A stretch of 63,704 nucleotides of DNA, filler included, from Reticulomyxa filosa (GCA_000512085.1; 27 parts of 27 records of this genome joined end to end with filler, not necessarily neighbours in it), one strand, 5' to 3'; shown: positions 49,004 to 62,212, counted from the whole stretch's first letter. Translations and numbers: made by a program. The notes: generated from the letters alone by a model not told the origin.

Positions 49004-50378
49004 ATGGATTCTAGAGAGGCAACAAATGACAAGGAATCGACCCAATTAGATTGGGTGATACCATTTTTTAAGCCATGTTGTGGTTTTTTGCCGACGCATG
49101 TGCCGTCTCAGTTCTACAATTTGCCCTCGACTAAACATGGGATGAAAGCATCAGAAGAGAAGGAAAGAAGAATTTGTGGTGTTCAGTTTATGTTCAAGAT
49201 GGGGCAAAGACTGCACTTGTAAGGAAAAAGAAAAATCCTTTGAAGGGGTGAGGGGAGTGGAAGAGGGGTGTGAAGAACACGAACAGAGCAAAGAGGAGCA
49301 AGAGCGTGAGAGGTTGAAGGCTGAGAGAGAGAGAGAGAAAGGAAACAAAAAAAAAGATTGTATTTTAATGAAAAATGAAATAGACCTTTTACGACAATTG
49401 CAGTCGCATGTCATTATTTCCATCGCTTTTTCATGGTCCAATCAATGAGAGTCCATCACGAACTAGTTTAATTTCTTTTTATTTCATGCATTATGTATTA
49501 TGTATTGTCAATGAAGAGTGAGGTGTATTGTTATAAAACACATCAAATAACACATAATCATGCACACATATACATATACATATACATGTATATAAAAATG
49601 TATTGGATGAAATGTGTGTACTTAGCTGATTGGAACAGCTTGCATATTTTTAGCGGGAAAAGTAGAAGAAACGCGCGTGAAATTAGCCCAAGTGGCAAGA
49701 GTGTATTTTGCATTGACGTACTCATCGTCGTCCTCTCTCCACACCAGCGCCATGAAAATGCCCAACGAGGAAACCGAAAAACAGATCTGTCACGAATTGG
49801 AGGACAAAGAAATGAGTATCGGACAAGCAATGAATTTTTATTTCGCCGTCGACTTGCCATTTGAATATCTGCTGCCCATTAGTGTCACGTGGCATTACTT
49901 CTATCCAATCAGTTTTGAATTTTTTTTTTTTTTTTTTTTGTCTTGTATTTCCTTTCTCTTCATTCAATTTTCAATGTATCAACCCCCCCTTCCCCCCCTT
50001 GACATACATACATACATATATGTATACATGTATAAATATAATGTTAATGTGTTATATTACATAGTACCAGATAAAACTATCAAAGCCTATTGCAAAACTG
50101 CATTTCTGACTATGTTTGACAGGTTTGTTGTTTGCTGTCCATTTTGTGTATGCTTAATGCTTATACACACTTGCGGATTGGAATACCAATACACACATAC
50201 ACAAATCAAAAGCTTACGATTGCCATTGTGCCTAATTGTCCCTCCTCAGCACATTGCAATTGCTTGCATGGAAATCAGCATTCGCTATTGGCATATTCAA
50301 TTGCGACCCTCGTCCAATTCCCCTCTTGTCACTTTCCCTGACATGACTCTTATCCCATTGCCAAGAGATTGGTTCCAA
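49004..50378 (+). CDS. Transcriptional cyclin (cyclin T/K/L family), 3'-partial, at least 5 exons
   Basis: E...R..G..F....G.RL.L, TIAVACHYFHRFF..QS, ACIFLAGKVEE, VDLPFEYL, LCL..PPQHIAIAC. Confidence 0.9.
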
Positions 50379-50595
50379 GTTCCTTTTCATCTTTGTTTCT
50401 TCCTCTTTTCGCGTTCTCTCTGCTTGATACTTTTATACAATTGCACGAATAATAATAANNNNNNNNNNNNNNNNNNNNNNNNNNNNNNNNNNNNNNNNNN
50501 NNTTAATTAATTAANNNNNNNNNNNNNNNNNNNNNNNNNNNNNNNNNNNNNNNNNNNNAAAAAAAAAAAAAAAAAAAAAAAAAAAACATAAAATG

Positions 50596-50627
<32 letters not shown>

Positions 50628-51977
50628 TTGAAAAAATGTTTAACTGCATAGCCTTTGGTCCTCTTGTGTTGCTTGCATTTGCTGCAATCCATTGGTCGTG
50701 TCGTTTTCACGTAATGCTGATGGCTTTGTTGCCCCGTATTTCAACGACTCCTTTTCAATTTTTTGCCCCAGTGTCCCCCCTTTTTTGCTTTGGCGATGTG
50801 TGTTTCTCTTTCTCAAAAAAAAAAGTTCAATAGCAAAAAAAAAAAAATCAACTTCATTGGATGTCAGGGCGTCAATTGTTATTGTGTTAAATGGAGAGCC
50901 GCAAAGCATTTTTATACGCAATTGGCTTGTCTTTTAGAGTTTAGAAAACGCTGTGATATTCAAGATGGCGAAACACAAAGATGCGATAGCTAATGTTGCT
51001 ATATTAAGTCAGTAAGTAAGTCGACTACGCTGGGCAATTACCTGCCACACATTAGTAAACTAAAAACTCATTACTGCTTGAAGTCAGCACCAGACAAAGT
51101 TTTGTCGACAGAAGCTGGGAGCCTTCCAACAGGTTATTTTGATGTCCATTTTTTTGACCAAAAAAAGGTTCACCCAGGATTTTCTTTGTCTTTTCCCTTG
51201 TCAAGTGTACATATTTAATTCTCGCCTGCTCACTTTGCTTCTTTCGATCAAAAATGTTTGTCTACTGTATTAACGACTTTTCTGGCAATCTTTTTCTTAT
51301 TAATGATATAACTTCTTCTTCCTAATAATAACAATATGCACAAAACGATTAATTTTTAATTTTATTTGTCTAAAGCTTTTTGAAGATTGTGGCTATCTCG
51401 CAGACATATGATTTCCTCATTTTTAGCTGAAAGTTGTAATTAATATTTTTTCAAATTCTTAACCTTTTTTGAATTTTTCAATTTTGATTTGTAAAAGATG
51501 ATTTGGTAAGTTTCAATTAAAATTAATATCGAAAATTGTGCTTGCATCTTAAAAATTGGGTCTTTGCTATTTGAATTAAACACATTCCAAATCCAATCTA
51601 ATATTTTTTTAAAAAAAAAAAGAAAAAAGTTTGGTCCTTATGAATCACCTTTAACCAACAGAACCAAAAGATTTTCAGAAAAAAAACTACTTTGTAAGTA
51701 GATTTCTACACAAAGATTGAATTACTTTGACAATCAAACAAGGACAAACAGCCCTCGAAACGAAGGGCACGCCACAGCAAAAAGGGCAAAACAACGTATG
51801 ACGCAAGTATTCCGAGACAATGCACTCGTTTTTGAAACGAGACAATACACCTTGTTTAACAACCACCTATTGTCTCTGTCCATGAAAAAATAATAATATT
51901 TATACTTGTAAATATATATATATATCTTTTATTTCCCCAGTGCGAAGAGGAGAAATGATCAACATTTTATTCTTGCA

Positions 51978-52033
51978 TTACAAAATAGCACAACAACTGC
52001 CACCCGTTGTTTTTCTACCAGATTGAACTTCAT
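51978..52033 (-). CDS. Terminal exon ending in a CaaX prenylation motif (xEVQSGRKTTGGSCCAIL*)
   Basis: U-tract..TTAG acceptor at 52034-35, then an open frame ending CCAIL-TAA, typical of small GTPase or G-gamma C-termini. Too short for the ORF track. Confidence 0.6.
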
Positions 52034-53199
52034 CTAACAAGCCAAAAAAAAAAAAAAAAAAAAATGTTCCCTAAAAATATAATTATAATTACAATACATA
52101 TACANNNNNNNNNNNNNNNNNNNNNNNNNNNNNNNNNNNNNNNNNNNNTTAATTAATTAANNNNNNNNNNNNNNNNNNNNNNNNNNNNNNNNNNNNNNNN
52201 NNNNCACTTTTTCTTTTTCGCTTTTCCCTTCCTTTGCTTTTTTTTAAAAATCTGTGTGAACTTTTTCTTTTTTTATAAATTTTTTTTTTTTTATTGCTTC
52301 ATCTGTTAAAAGTCTAAAATGTGCGCTGAAAGTCAGTCAAGAGCGTACACATTCAACGAGTATCAATAGAGCATTCTCTTCATTGAAGAAATTTTTTAGC
52401 ATTGCTTCTGTTTGCTGCGCTAGTAAAACTTCTTTTGGCATCATTAGTAACGATGTTCAATCACCTGTTTCACGTCAATGTTACAGCTTTTTTTTTGTGT
52501 TTGTTCAATTTCAATGTTACTTATTTGTAAAGGAATTTGTTGACGCATTGCTTTTTTTTTATATTAACTTACTCTGGAAATATAGGTTTTGCAACTTGAA
52601 AGAATACAGACAATAATTATATTTACAATGGATTTACTGTTTTGACGAAAAGTTTGCCGAATAGTTCATCGTTGCCTGAAGACATCGCTTACTCTTTTTT
52701 GTATGTTTACAAACTACCCAAAAGAGCATGCGTTCGTGAGCTTGTTATTGAACCTACTAATCAAACTATTTGAAAAAACTAAACGTTTATTTTTTAATCA
52801 AAATATGTCTAAATCGTTTTTTAACAAAAGAAACCAGAAAAAAGCGAAAAGGAAATGTACTTTTTTAATTTATTAGTTACTTTTTCGTTTTAACATTGTT
52901 CCCAAAAAATTGCAAGTCTACAAATCCTCGTGTCTTATGTGAGATATTTGATAAATCTGAAACATTACCAACCAAAAAGAAAAGCATTTGATCGGCATTA
53001 CAAATTAAATTGCTTTTTAAAAAATAACAATATCTAAAAAAATTTTTGAAAAGTGTGTCAATTTGCCACGTAAACATTTTTGTTACCTGTTTTCTTAAAC
53101 TCACAAATATTTCATCTTTGTTCTAGTCTTTTGTCTGTCACAATTGTGGCTACAAATCTTCATCCAATTCAACAGTGTGAATCAACAATTTATATTTTT

Positions 53200-53378
53200 G
53201 TGCATTCTCTTCTTATTGTTGAGAACACTTTTGTCACTTGATCCAAATAATATATTTGCACAGCCAATATTTCCTATTCGTTGCTATCAAAATCCCATAC
53301 ACGAACTGTGTTATCTTCTGATCCACACCCAATCTTTGAGTAATTTAGAAGTTGAAGAAAACGAATCGAATATGAATA
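53200..53378 (-). pseudogene. WD40 repeat remnant
   Basis: CGSEDNTVRVWDFDSNE and GSSDKS with frameshifts. Confidence 0.65.
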
Positions 53379-53499
53379 NNNNNNNNNNNNNNNNNNNNNN
53401 NNNNNNNNNNNNNNNNNNNNNNTTAATTAATTAANNNNNNNNNNNNNNNNNNNNNNNNNNNNNNNNNNNNNNNNNNNNAAAAAAAAAAAAAAAAATTGG

Positions 53500-54816
53500 T
53501 TAGTGTAAGACCTGTTGAAATGTTGCAAATGTCTTTTCTCGCCAACAGTAATCGACTTTTTCCGATTTGTCATGTTTGGTGGTGTGTTTGGTAGGATCGA
53601 CCTCGGCGATTTCGTCACGGATTTGTCGTTTGATCATGACAAAGACCACGTAGAGCGTGGACTCGTAGAGGATGTTGGACTCGGACACGGTGTTGTAGCT
53701 GCTCATGGCTTCAGCCACACGCGTCAGCACGACGACCCGTTCGGAATCTTGCAAGCGATCGAAGGGATAGACATCAAAGGATTGATACATAAAGTGATCT
53801 TTTTGCTGTCCAATTCCCCGCCAAAACAGCAGAGACGTTGGGAGCAGTTTGTGATGGCAATCTGTTGGCAAAGGGATTTGCAAAGGGTTTATCATTGGAC
53901 GTTTTATTTTTATGTCTTTCTTTCGCTTTGCAATTGCATTGATATCATTGGTTAAACCTTTTGTGATTGTATTCTCATTTCCATTGACATTACCATTACC
54001 TTTGTCATTAGCATTAGGATTAGGATTAGCATTAGGATTAGCATTAGGATTAGCATTAGGATTAGCATTAGGATTAGCATTAGGTTTAGCATTAGCATTA
54101 ACATTAGCATTAACATTAGCATTAACATTAACATTAATATTGACATCAATATCATCACCATCACCATCACCATCATTATCATTATCATTATCATTACCGT
54201 CGTAGTCGTCAATGTCCTTATTAAAAAACATGTAAGTTTCATGTTCAGTGTCGTGATCGTTTGCATGTTCTTCAATGCAAAACCGAAATAACACGGTGCA
54301 TATGTCCTCATTGCAGCAAAGCTGAAGAGGGGTTTCATCATCGGCGTTGGCGACAAACAAGAGCGACCATTCTTGAATGTCTTCCGCACAGGCATCCGAA
54401 CAATCGCAAGAGGGTGTCATGCTCGTCGCCGAGTGCCAACGCTTGTGTTGTCGCACATGTTTCAGAATGAGTCGCACAATTTTCTCAAAGCCATACTTGC
54501 ATGCAATATGCAACACATTGTTGCGATTCTCGTCACATGTGTACACATCGGCACCTTTCGACAACAAATATTTGCACATTTTCACTTGGCTGTTGTATGC
54601 CGCCATCAGCAACGGCGTCTCTCCATTTAACCCTCGGCACTCCACGTTGCCGCCGTTTGTGGACAATATGTATTCCCCAACGTTTTCATTGCCGTGCTTC
54701 GAGCACAGCAATAGTCCGCCATTTAACACCTCATTCTTTTTTTTCACCGACAGCAGCGACCACAAGTCAGGTCGCGTTTCGCCGTGCAGCAGTCGTACCA
54801 TTGCCAAATGTCCGCA
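53500..54816 (-). CDS. Ankyrin-repeat protein with DN/NV/NPNA low-complexity insert (partial)
   Basis: [38 protein letters not shown]...IVRLIL, ETPLQL. Confidence 0.9.
   Translation of the reverse strand, partial: CGHLAMVRLLHGETRPDLWSLLSVKKKNEVLNGGLLLCSKHGNENVGEYILSTNGGNVECRGLNGETPLLMAAYNSQVKMCKYLLSKGADVYTCDENRNNVLHIACKYGFEKIVRLILKHVRQHKRWHSATSMTPSCDCSDACAEDIQEWSLLFVANADDETPLQLCCNEDICTVLFRFCIEEHANDHDTEHETYMFFNKDIDDYDGNDNDNDNDGDGDGDDIDVNINVNVNANVNANVNANAKPNANPNANPNANPNANPNANPNPNANDKGNGNVNGNENTITKGLTNDINAIAKRKKDIKIKRPMINPLQIPLPTDCHHKLLPTSLLFWRGIGQQKDHFMYQSFDVYPFDRLQDSERVVVLTRVAEAMSSYNTVSESNILYESTLYVVFVMIKRQIRDEIAEVDPTKHTTKHDKSEKVDYCWREKTFATFQQVLH
54008..54130. repeat. Coding 12-bp tandem repeat (TTAGCATTAGGA)n encoding NPNA/NVNA
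   Basis: Visible directly, in frame within the ankyrin ORF. Confidence 0.9.
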
Positions 54817-54916
54817 NNNNNNNNNNNNNNNNNNNNNNNNNNNNNNNNNNNNNNNNNNNNTTAATTAATTAANNNNNNNNNNNNNNNNNNNNNNNNNNNN
54901 NNNNNNNNNNNNNNNN

Positions 54917-56028
54917 TGGCGTCGGCAAAAGCTTGGCCGTTGGGGTGGTGGTGTAGCTGCTCCAGCGTGCCCATACCGGCCCCGGCGTCAGCAGGGATGG
55001 CGGGTAAGCGGGCCATCTGGCCACCCTTGGCGGTTTTGCCGGCTTCGGCCATGTGCTGGGCCAGGTCGATTTCGCCGGCAGACAGCAGCATCACGCGCCA
55101 TGTTTGCGCTGGGCGGTTGCCGCCTTCCTTGGTCATACGGGCCTTTGGCCTGGCCGTTGGCGATCAAGTAGGCCGCGCCCCCGGCGTCTGTCGCGGCGAT
55201 CTGGGCGAGTTCGTCCAGTATCAGTAGGCCATCGTTACGGCCAAGGCAAAGCGCCTCCAGGCCGTTCTGTGTGGTGCGCCACTTCTTGGCGAAGCGGTCA
55301 GGGCTGCCCCATACGCTGGCGGCAGGGTCCAGCAGCGTGGACGTTTTGCCCTTGCTGGTGGTGCCCACGAAGTGGAAGCCCCCGCCCGACTCGCCGGCCA
55401 TGTCTGCCAGCACACCAGCAAAGGCCACGGAAATGGCAAACACGATGCGGCTGTTACCGGCTGCCGGGCCGGCAATGTGCAGCTGCCACTCGGCCAGGGT
55501 GCCGGCGTGGTCAAAGTCGCCACTGTCCGCCCCCTGATAGATCACGCCCTCGCCCTCCTGCTCGCCATAGACAGCGGCAGGCAGCACATAGCGCAGATCA
55601 TGCCAGCCGATACGGGACACGCAGCGCAGGCGGGTGGCGGACTCGGGGCGATGGGTCAGCACGTAATCCACCAGCTTTTGCCGGGCCTTGCCGTTGGTGG
55701 AAATGGTCAGCCCACCCCGCGCCAGCTCGCGCCGGAATTCTGCCGTGTCACTGGCGGCCAACATTTCAACGGGGCAAGCCCACTGGTGCGGGTGGCCGTC
55801 GTTGTCCTGCCAGGCCAGCAGGCGGCCCCAGTTGCTCTGATTGGCGTCGCGGGTTTCGCCCAGAATGTAGAGGGGTGCAGACAGCCACCACAGCTTGTCC
55901 TTGTCCTTCCGTCGTCGGATGGCTCGCACCAATACACCCCGTCACGCTGGCCGGGGATACCCTCCGACACGAAGAACGGGGAGACGCCTTGTGGCGTTTG
56001 CGGGCTGATTTCGTCCGAAAAGTGGGAA
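54917..56028 (-). CDS. Bacterial DUF927 (primase/helicase-associated) protein of a prophage or phage satellite, partial
   Basis: GC-rich contig. TRD....WGRLLAW.D.DG..H.WA, GGFHFVGTTSKGKTS (Walker A), WRTT.NGLE, LILDELAQ, W....LSAGE. Frameshifts near 55141 and 55935. Confidence 0.9.
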
Positions 56029-56218
56029 NNNNNNNNNNNNNNNNNNNNNNNNNNNNNNNNNNNNNNNNNNNNTTAATTAATTAANNNNNNNNNNNNNNNN
56101 NNNNNNNNNNNNNNNNNNNNNNNNNNNNGAGCAATCTAAATACATTTCATGTGCGTATTGTATATATATATACATATATACATTATATACATATTTCAAA
56201 ATAATAATAAAATTTAAC

Positions 56219-57548
56219 TTCATGAATGTCTGAATTATTGAATTGAGAATTTTTCAATAGAGTATCCAAAAGTGTGATTGTTTTTTTGAACAAATCATAA
56301 TTCAATTCCTCAAACATTGTGCGAGTTAATGTTTCGCTCAGATCGATTCCATCGACCAAGTTTTCAATTTCCACTTTCACTTGGGTCACCGTGGACAATG
56401 TGTGTTTTGCTTTTTCACATTCGCGACGCAATTTCGCAATTGCATAGCTATTTTGCCGCAGATCGATATTGTGCTTGTGTTTGAACTGGTTGATAAAGTA
56501 GGTCATTACACTATTATTTATCATTACATTCGATATGACCAAAAAAAAAAAAAACAAAAAACAAACCGTTCATCAAAATCTCTTCCTCCCAAATGCGTGT
56601 CTCCATTCATTGCTTCGATTTCATAGATCCCTTCTTCCAACTTTATCAAACTGACGTCGAAGGTGCTACCTCCCAAGTTATAGATAATGATGTTGGCTTC
56701 GTTGTAATTTTTGTAAAATCCGTACGCAACTGTGGCGGCCGTGGGTTCGTTGATGATATGCAATAGTTTTAGGTTAATACTTTCTCCTGCTTCCCTCACT
56801 GCCTAATTTGTTTCGAAACAAATCAAAAAACCAAAACAAAAATTATTATCATTATCATTATGACGTGTTTTTTTTGTTGTTGAAATAATTTGCATACGTA
56901 TAATGAACACGTCATCATCATCAAAAGGAAACAAAAAAAAGAACTTCTCGTTGTGAATTATCAAAGTATGCAGGAACAGTGGTAATAGCATGAGTAATTG
57001 ATTTGCCCAGATAATTCTCCGCAATATCTTTCATTTTTTGCAACATCATTGCAAAGATTTCTTCTGCGGCAAAAGTGCGTTTTTCACCTGTTTTTTTTTT
57101 TAAATATTTGTTTTTTGTTCAAATACCCTTTTTTTTATTTTTTTATAACACACCTTTGTAAGTCACTTTAACATGTGGCCTGTCATTTTTATTGATTACC
57201 TCGAAAGGCCATAGTTTCATGTCCTCTTGCACTGTTTTATCATTGAAACGGCGTCCAATCAAACTGTACAAATTTTGCGTGTTGTTCAAATCATCAAAAA
57301 AAAAAAAATTAACTTTGATAATTTTTTGTTTTTTTTTCACACAATTATTCTGATACATACCGTTTCACATCAAAAATTGTGTTTTTTGGATCTATGATAG
57401 CTTGATTTTTGGCTAACTCGCCGATCAAGAGCTCTTTTTCTGTAAAAGCAACATATGACGGCGTTTTTCGCTCGCCCATTTCGTTCGGAATAATTTTCAC
57501 TTTACCATTAAGCGTCACTCCTACACATGAATACGTTGTTCCCAAATC
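56219..57548 (-). CDS. Divergent HSP70 (BiP-like) ATPase domain, partial, 5 exons
   Basis: [77 protein letters not shown]. Confidence 0.93.
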
Positions 57549-59156
57549 NNNNNNNNNNNNNNNNNNNNNNNNNNNNNNNNNNNNNNNNNNNNTTAATTAA
57601 TTAANNNNNNNNNNNNNNNNNNNNNNNNNNNNNNNNNNNNNNNNNNNNACATCGGGAGAATCGCTCCATGTGAGAGTGGTTCAATTTAGTGGAAGAGTTG
57701 GTGCGAAAGTCCGTCAGCACATAGACAAGCAAGAAGAAAAGATGATTATTAGGATGTGATGAAGAACATTGAAATAATCGCGCTGGACCTTAAAAAAAAA
57801 AAAAAAAGTTTACCAGATTTGCTGAGTTCGTTTATTGGTCCTTCACGCACTCGAGTGGCGATTTTACGTTTCCAGACATGCATCGAACTGCAATCTATCG
57901 GCTCCAACGAGCAAAGTTGTTGTAAAAAAAAAACTATTCATGTCTAGACTGGTTGTGTGCGTGCGCATATCCGCAGATTTTGGTTTCGAATCGTGTATGC
58001 TGCTGATGGAATGAATGGTGATCTCACGAGTGGCATAAGTATTGATGATCGAAGAAAAGGTAGAGAGATGGCTGTTCGCATTTTCTGACTCCATCACCGT
58101 AAGAGCTCATGCCTTGCATATTCGGCGAAAGATAATCGGCGCTTGTTCGGCAGTCTCTGGAATCGAATATGGACTACGAATAACGTGTTGAATGCGATAA
58201 TACTTTGTATTCGTTGAATTTTCCCAGTATTTGGAGAAAATGAGCAAAGATCGCCAATTTTTATGTTCTTAAGTTGGATTCGAGTCAACGTGAGTTTTAA
58301 ATCATGAATCGCGTAGTAATCAAAATCGTTGAACCATGGCACGCAATAACGTCAAGGAATGAATATGTCCAATAATGAAGAAGAATAAGAATTGTAACTT
58401 CCCTTCATCATTGAATCGCCAAGCCAAATATTATCAAATTGATACGTATGGTGATGGATGCAGAAATTTCAAAAAACGATCATTATCCGACGTATCCCTC
58501 ATCACAGGGATGACGAAGGCATTGGAATAGTTGAAAGAAATTGTCTCAGTTCAATCAAGGACAATCTTTATTATTGGTAAGCTTGCTTCGTTTGTAGTCA
58601 GGCAGTATCAATATCCAGAAAGAAAGACTCGAACATACTGCGCAAAAAAAAATAAAAAATACGATATCGACATTGCAGTATCGACTGTATTGTTCGAAGA
58701 AGTGGAAGAGGGTACAGACGTTGCAGGAGACAATCACATATGGCGGTCGAGTAAGACATTTTCACATGGAACTATTCTTCCGATGTGGTGGCTCCAATTT
58801 GATGGACAAGTTTTGTGGTACCTAAATCAAGATCATTAACAAATAAGATGAGGATGATGCAAAAAAAATTCTAATGCAGTATCATCGTTGGATTTGATTA
58901 AAAAGAAAAAAAAGATCGACTATCAATGTTACTTGGGTTATTTCTCTTCACGCACACATACAAGTGGCGGATTTGCGCGTCCTAAACACAGACTAATTCC
59001 ACATAGTGCGCTCCCTCAATGGAAGTTACTGGATGATGTGTGAAAATATCAAAAGCNNNNNNNNNNNNNNNNNNNNNNNNNNNNNNNNNNNNNNNNNNNN
59101 TTAATTAATTAANNNNNNNNNNNNNNNNNNNNNNNNNNNNNNNNNNNNNNNNNNNN

Positions 59157-60472
59157 TTGTTGGTTTGCTAAGATTGAAATGTTCACAACGTAGTTCAAAT
59201 ACATTCATTGCTGTTTCCAATGATGCTGTACTTGTTTCTAACACTTCAATGTCATATTTATCAAGCTTTTCAATTGGAATTAAAAGAGGATCGGATACAT
59301 CTTCTTTGTTGGAATTGGAATCCTTTTTCATTCCCTTTTTAATTACAGCAATTCCTTTATTCATTTCATTATTTAAATGAGTCAATAACAATGTCTCCAA
59401 ATTTGTAATCTGTGTTTTGATATCAAATAGAGAAATCAAATTGGATTGAAGAGGTAATATTTTTGCAATTTTTTCCAAATTGTTTCGAAATTCTTCAAAT
59501 TTGTTTGTATTAATATATTCTTTTGCATCATTTACATAATTCATTAAATGATTTGCCAATGTTTGACAAGCTTGTGTATATAAAGTTGCAAATTGAGAAA
59601 AACAATTTCCAATTTGCATCAATTTGTCTAAATGTATTTTTAATTCGTTTGGATTATTGATATTATTCTTAATTTCACGAAGCAGGTCATCGATTTGACC
59701 ATTTAAATTTTGGACCAAAGAATCAGCACAAATAGCTTCTTTTAAATGACTCCGTAATTGATCAGCAGATTTGAGTTCATTCATGATCGTTTCATAAGCT
59801 AAAACATCCTCTTTATTAATTTCATGTGGAGATGTTATACATTTATTAAATGCATATTTCGCTTGTTCAATTTTCTCATTCCACTCTTGAGTCAATTTTT
59901 TGACACAATCATTGTAATCTCTTTCAATTGAGTCATTTTTCAAAACATTGTTCAAAGCACACAATTCATCCAATTTAATTTTGGCACTTTGATAATTGCG
60001 ATGTTTAAATACTAGTAAAATGTCGGCCTTGTGTTTGTGCACTTGCAAACGGACCGCGGATTTCGAGTTTTCGGTGAGGAAGGGCTTAAACGTATCAGAA
60101 GGATATCGAATAAAGTTTTTGACATCCACCACTTCCTCCAGCAATTCATGGGGTGGATCATGTAATAAATCGGGTGCAATGACACGTTTTTGTGTTTTAT
60201 TTGCAATATCTGCTAAAAGTGCTTTGTACCGGTGATCGGAGTCGTCTTTTGCCACGCTTTCATACGTTTCTTTGAACAATGCATGGATCGATTGTTTTTG
60301 GTCTTCAGGGAATTTGGTAAATACATACGAAAATGCAAAGAGATAATCTTCAATGGATGGTATAATACTAACCAAGGTCCGAGCCAAATTCTTGACATAG
60401 CCCATCCGAGGTCCCAAAGCAGTGTAATTGATCAAAACAACAGGTTTGACACTTTTGCAACTTTGGAGTGCC
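59157..60472 (-). CDS. Large coiled-coil protein preceded by the C-terminal part of a probable P-loop GTPase domain (partial both ends)
   Basis: Uninterrupted frame of about 438 aa. ALQSCKSVKPVVLINY..G.R....L...FSYVFTK resembles the post-G3/G4 region of a TRAFAC-type GTPase, followed by helical repeats. Confidence 0.6.
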
Positions 60473-60572
60473 NNNNNNNNNNNNNNNNNNNNNNNNNNNN
60501 NNNNNNNNNNNNNNNNTTAATTAATTAANNNNNNNNNNNNNNNNNNNNNNNNNNNNNNNNNNNNNNNNNNNN

Positions 60573-60857
60573 TTCTTCTTCTTCCTTCTCCTTCATTTCT
60601 TCTTTACTTCCACCTGGAACTGACCCCTTTGCTGTTGCTGTTGTTATATCTTCGTCTACTTCTGCAGAACACAATGCAAAGGATGGATATAATCGTTCGT
60701 AGTCCAATTTCTTCACAACTTTTTGCAGATAGCAATTCGCCAACACCATTAGTTCTACACACTTCTGGACGTGCTTCATTGTTAGCTCGGTCAGCTTGTT
60801 ATTCATTCGCTGAGAAGATATTTTCAAGGTCGTTATAACCGCTGATATATTCATATA
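60573..60857 (-). CDS. Hypothetical protein N-terminus (partial)
   Basis: Open frame running into a poly-E tract at the contig end. Confidence 0.4.
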
Positions 60858-62212
60858 GATGGTCTTATGTTTGTCTAATTTCCCCTCCCCCTCTTTGTGC
60901 AATTTACAAATTATCTACTAAAAATTAAAAGCTTGAAAAAAAAAACTTTGAAACGAGACCCCTCAAAGTAAGTGCTACAAAATAATAGTACTGCGAACAC
61001 TTTTGATTTGTCAATTTATTTCGCTTTGTGTTAGCAATACAACAAATGCATTACTTTTTTTTCATTTTCTCAATGCTGTTGTAGAAAATGAAAAAAATCT
61101 GTAGTTATCACTTAAAAAAAAAAAGATTGAATTAAGAAATAAAAGTGGAAATAGAAGACCAAACAAGCAAAAGTTGAAACAGGAAAGAATTAAAGAACGT
61201 TTTAGTTGCAATGTGTAGTTTACAGAAACGTTGTAATTTTTTTAAGAAATAAAGTTATTTTAGCATGATCATAGGCACATAGCTAAAATCCACATATTTA
61301 ACAGAAATAAAACAAACTAATAAACTTATACAATACAATATATTTCGCACCATTCAATACCAACATGTCAAACATTTGAAATGCTATACGAGTTTGATAT
61401 ATTCCTAATTAAATCTATAAAACATCAAATATATCAGAATTTGCTGGAAACATAAAGGTTAGTTTTATGCAAAAATTATTTCAAATACTAATGAAAAAAT
61501 GAACTGTTGATTCCGTACATTATATAATTGATTACTTGTTTGAAGTGGTGTTATAATCTTGCTTCCTTCATACATCTGGTTTTGCGCTATAAGCATCAGT
61601 TTCATCATGTGATAACTGTTGGTAATACATTCGTGCATTGATTTTTTCTTATTGATTGCCTTTTGTTAAGTTTTTGGTCTCATTGAAATTTTATTTCTTT
61701 GTTTTATTTAGTTCAAGCATGGCAAAATGCTTTTACTTCATTAAACACGTTTCGTGTGAAAGAGTTGTAGTGAGATATATCACACTCATTTTTAAATATA
61801 ACTTACTTTAATCCAACTAACGTTTTAGTCCTAACTTACCACAAAAAAACAATATTTTTAAATCAAAAAACTTTTTTGTCAAGTTTTTTCTTTAGAAGAT
61901 GACGGTACATTTCGATGCATGACTTGTGACAATCCACGAAATTATTGGACACAAATTATGGACAACACTAGAAGTGTTGTCCCTTTGAACCATAAAGTAC
62001 TCAGTAAACGTTAAAAATTTAATTGGGAGATTTTTCGTTCTGACAAAAGCTCATTCTTACAATTTTAAAAAACAGAATAATTTTTATTCAATCAATACAT
62101 TGGAAGATTTGGCCATAGCGTAATTTTCTTTTCTTTTTTCGTCACTTCTTTTGCTTTTTTTTTTTCCGGTTTAAGCGTTGATTTTTTCCCTTGCCTTTGT
62201 GGTTGTCCCTGA

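Noticed and set aside
54008-54130. TTAGGA/TTAGCA repeats (and TTAGTG at 31182-31224) resembling telomeric repeats
   Set aside because: In frame within protein-coding ORFs (NPNA, TN repeats) and grading into other Asn-containing repeats.
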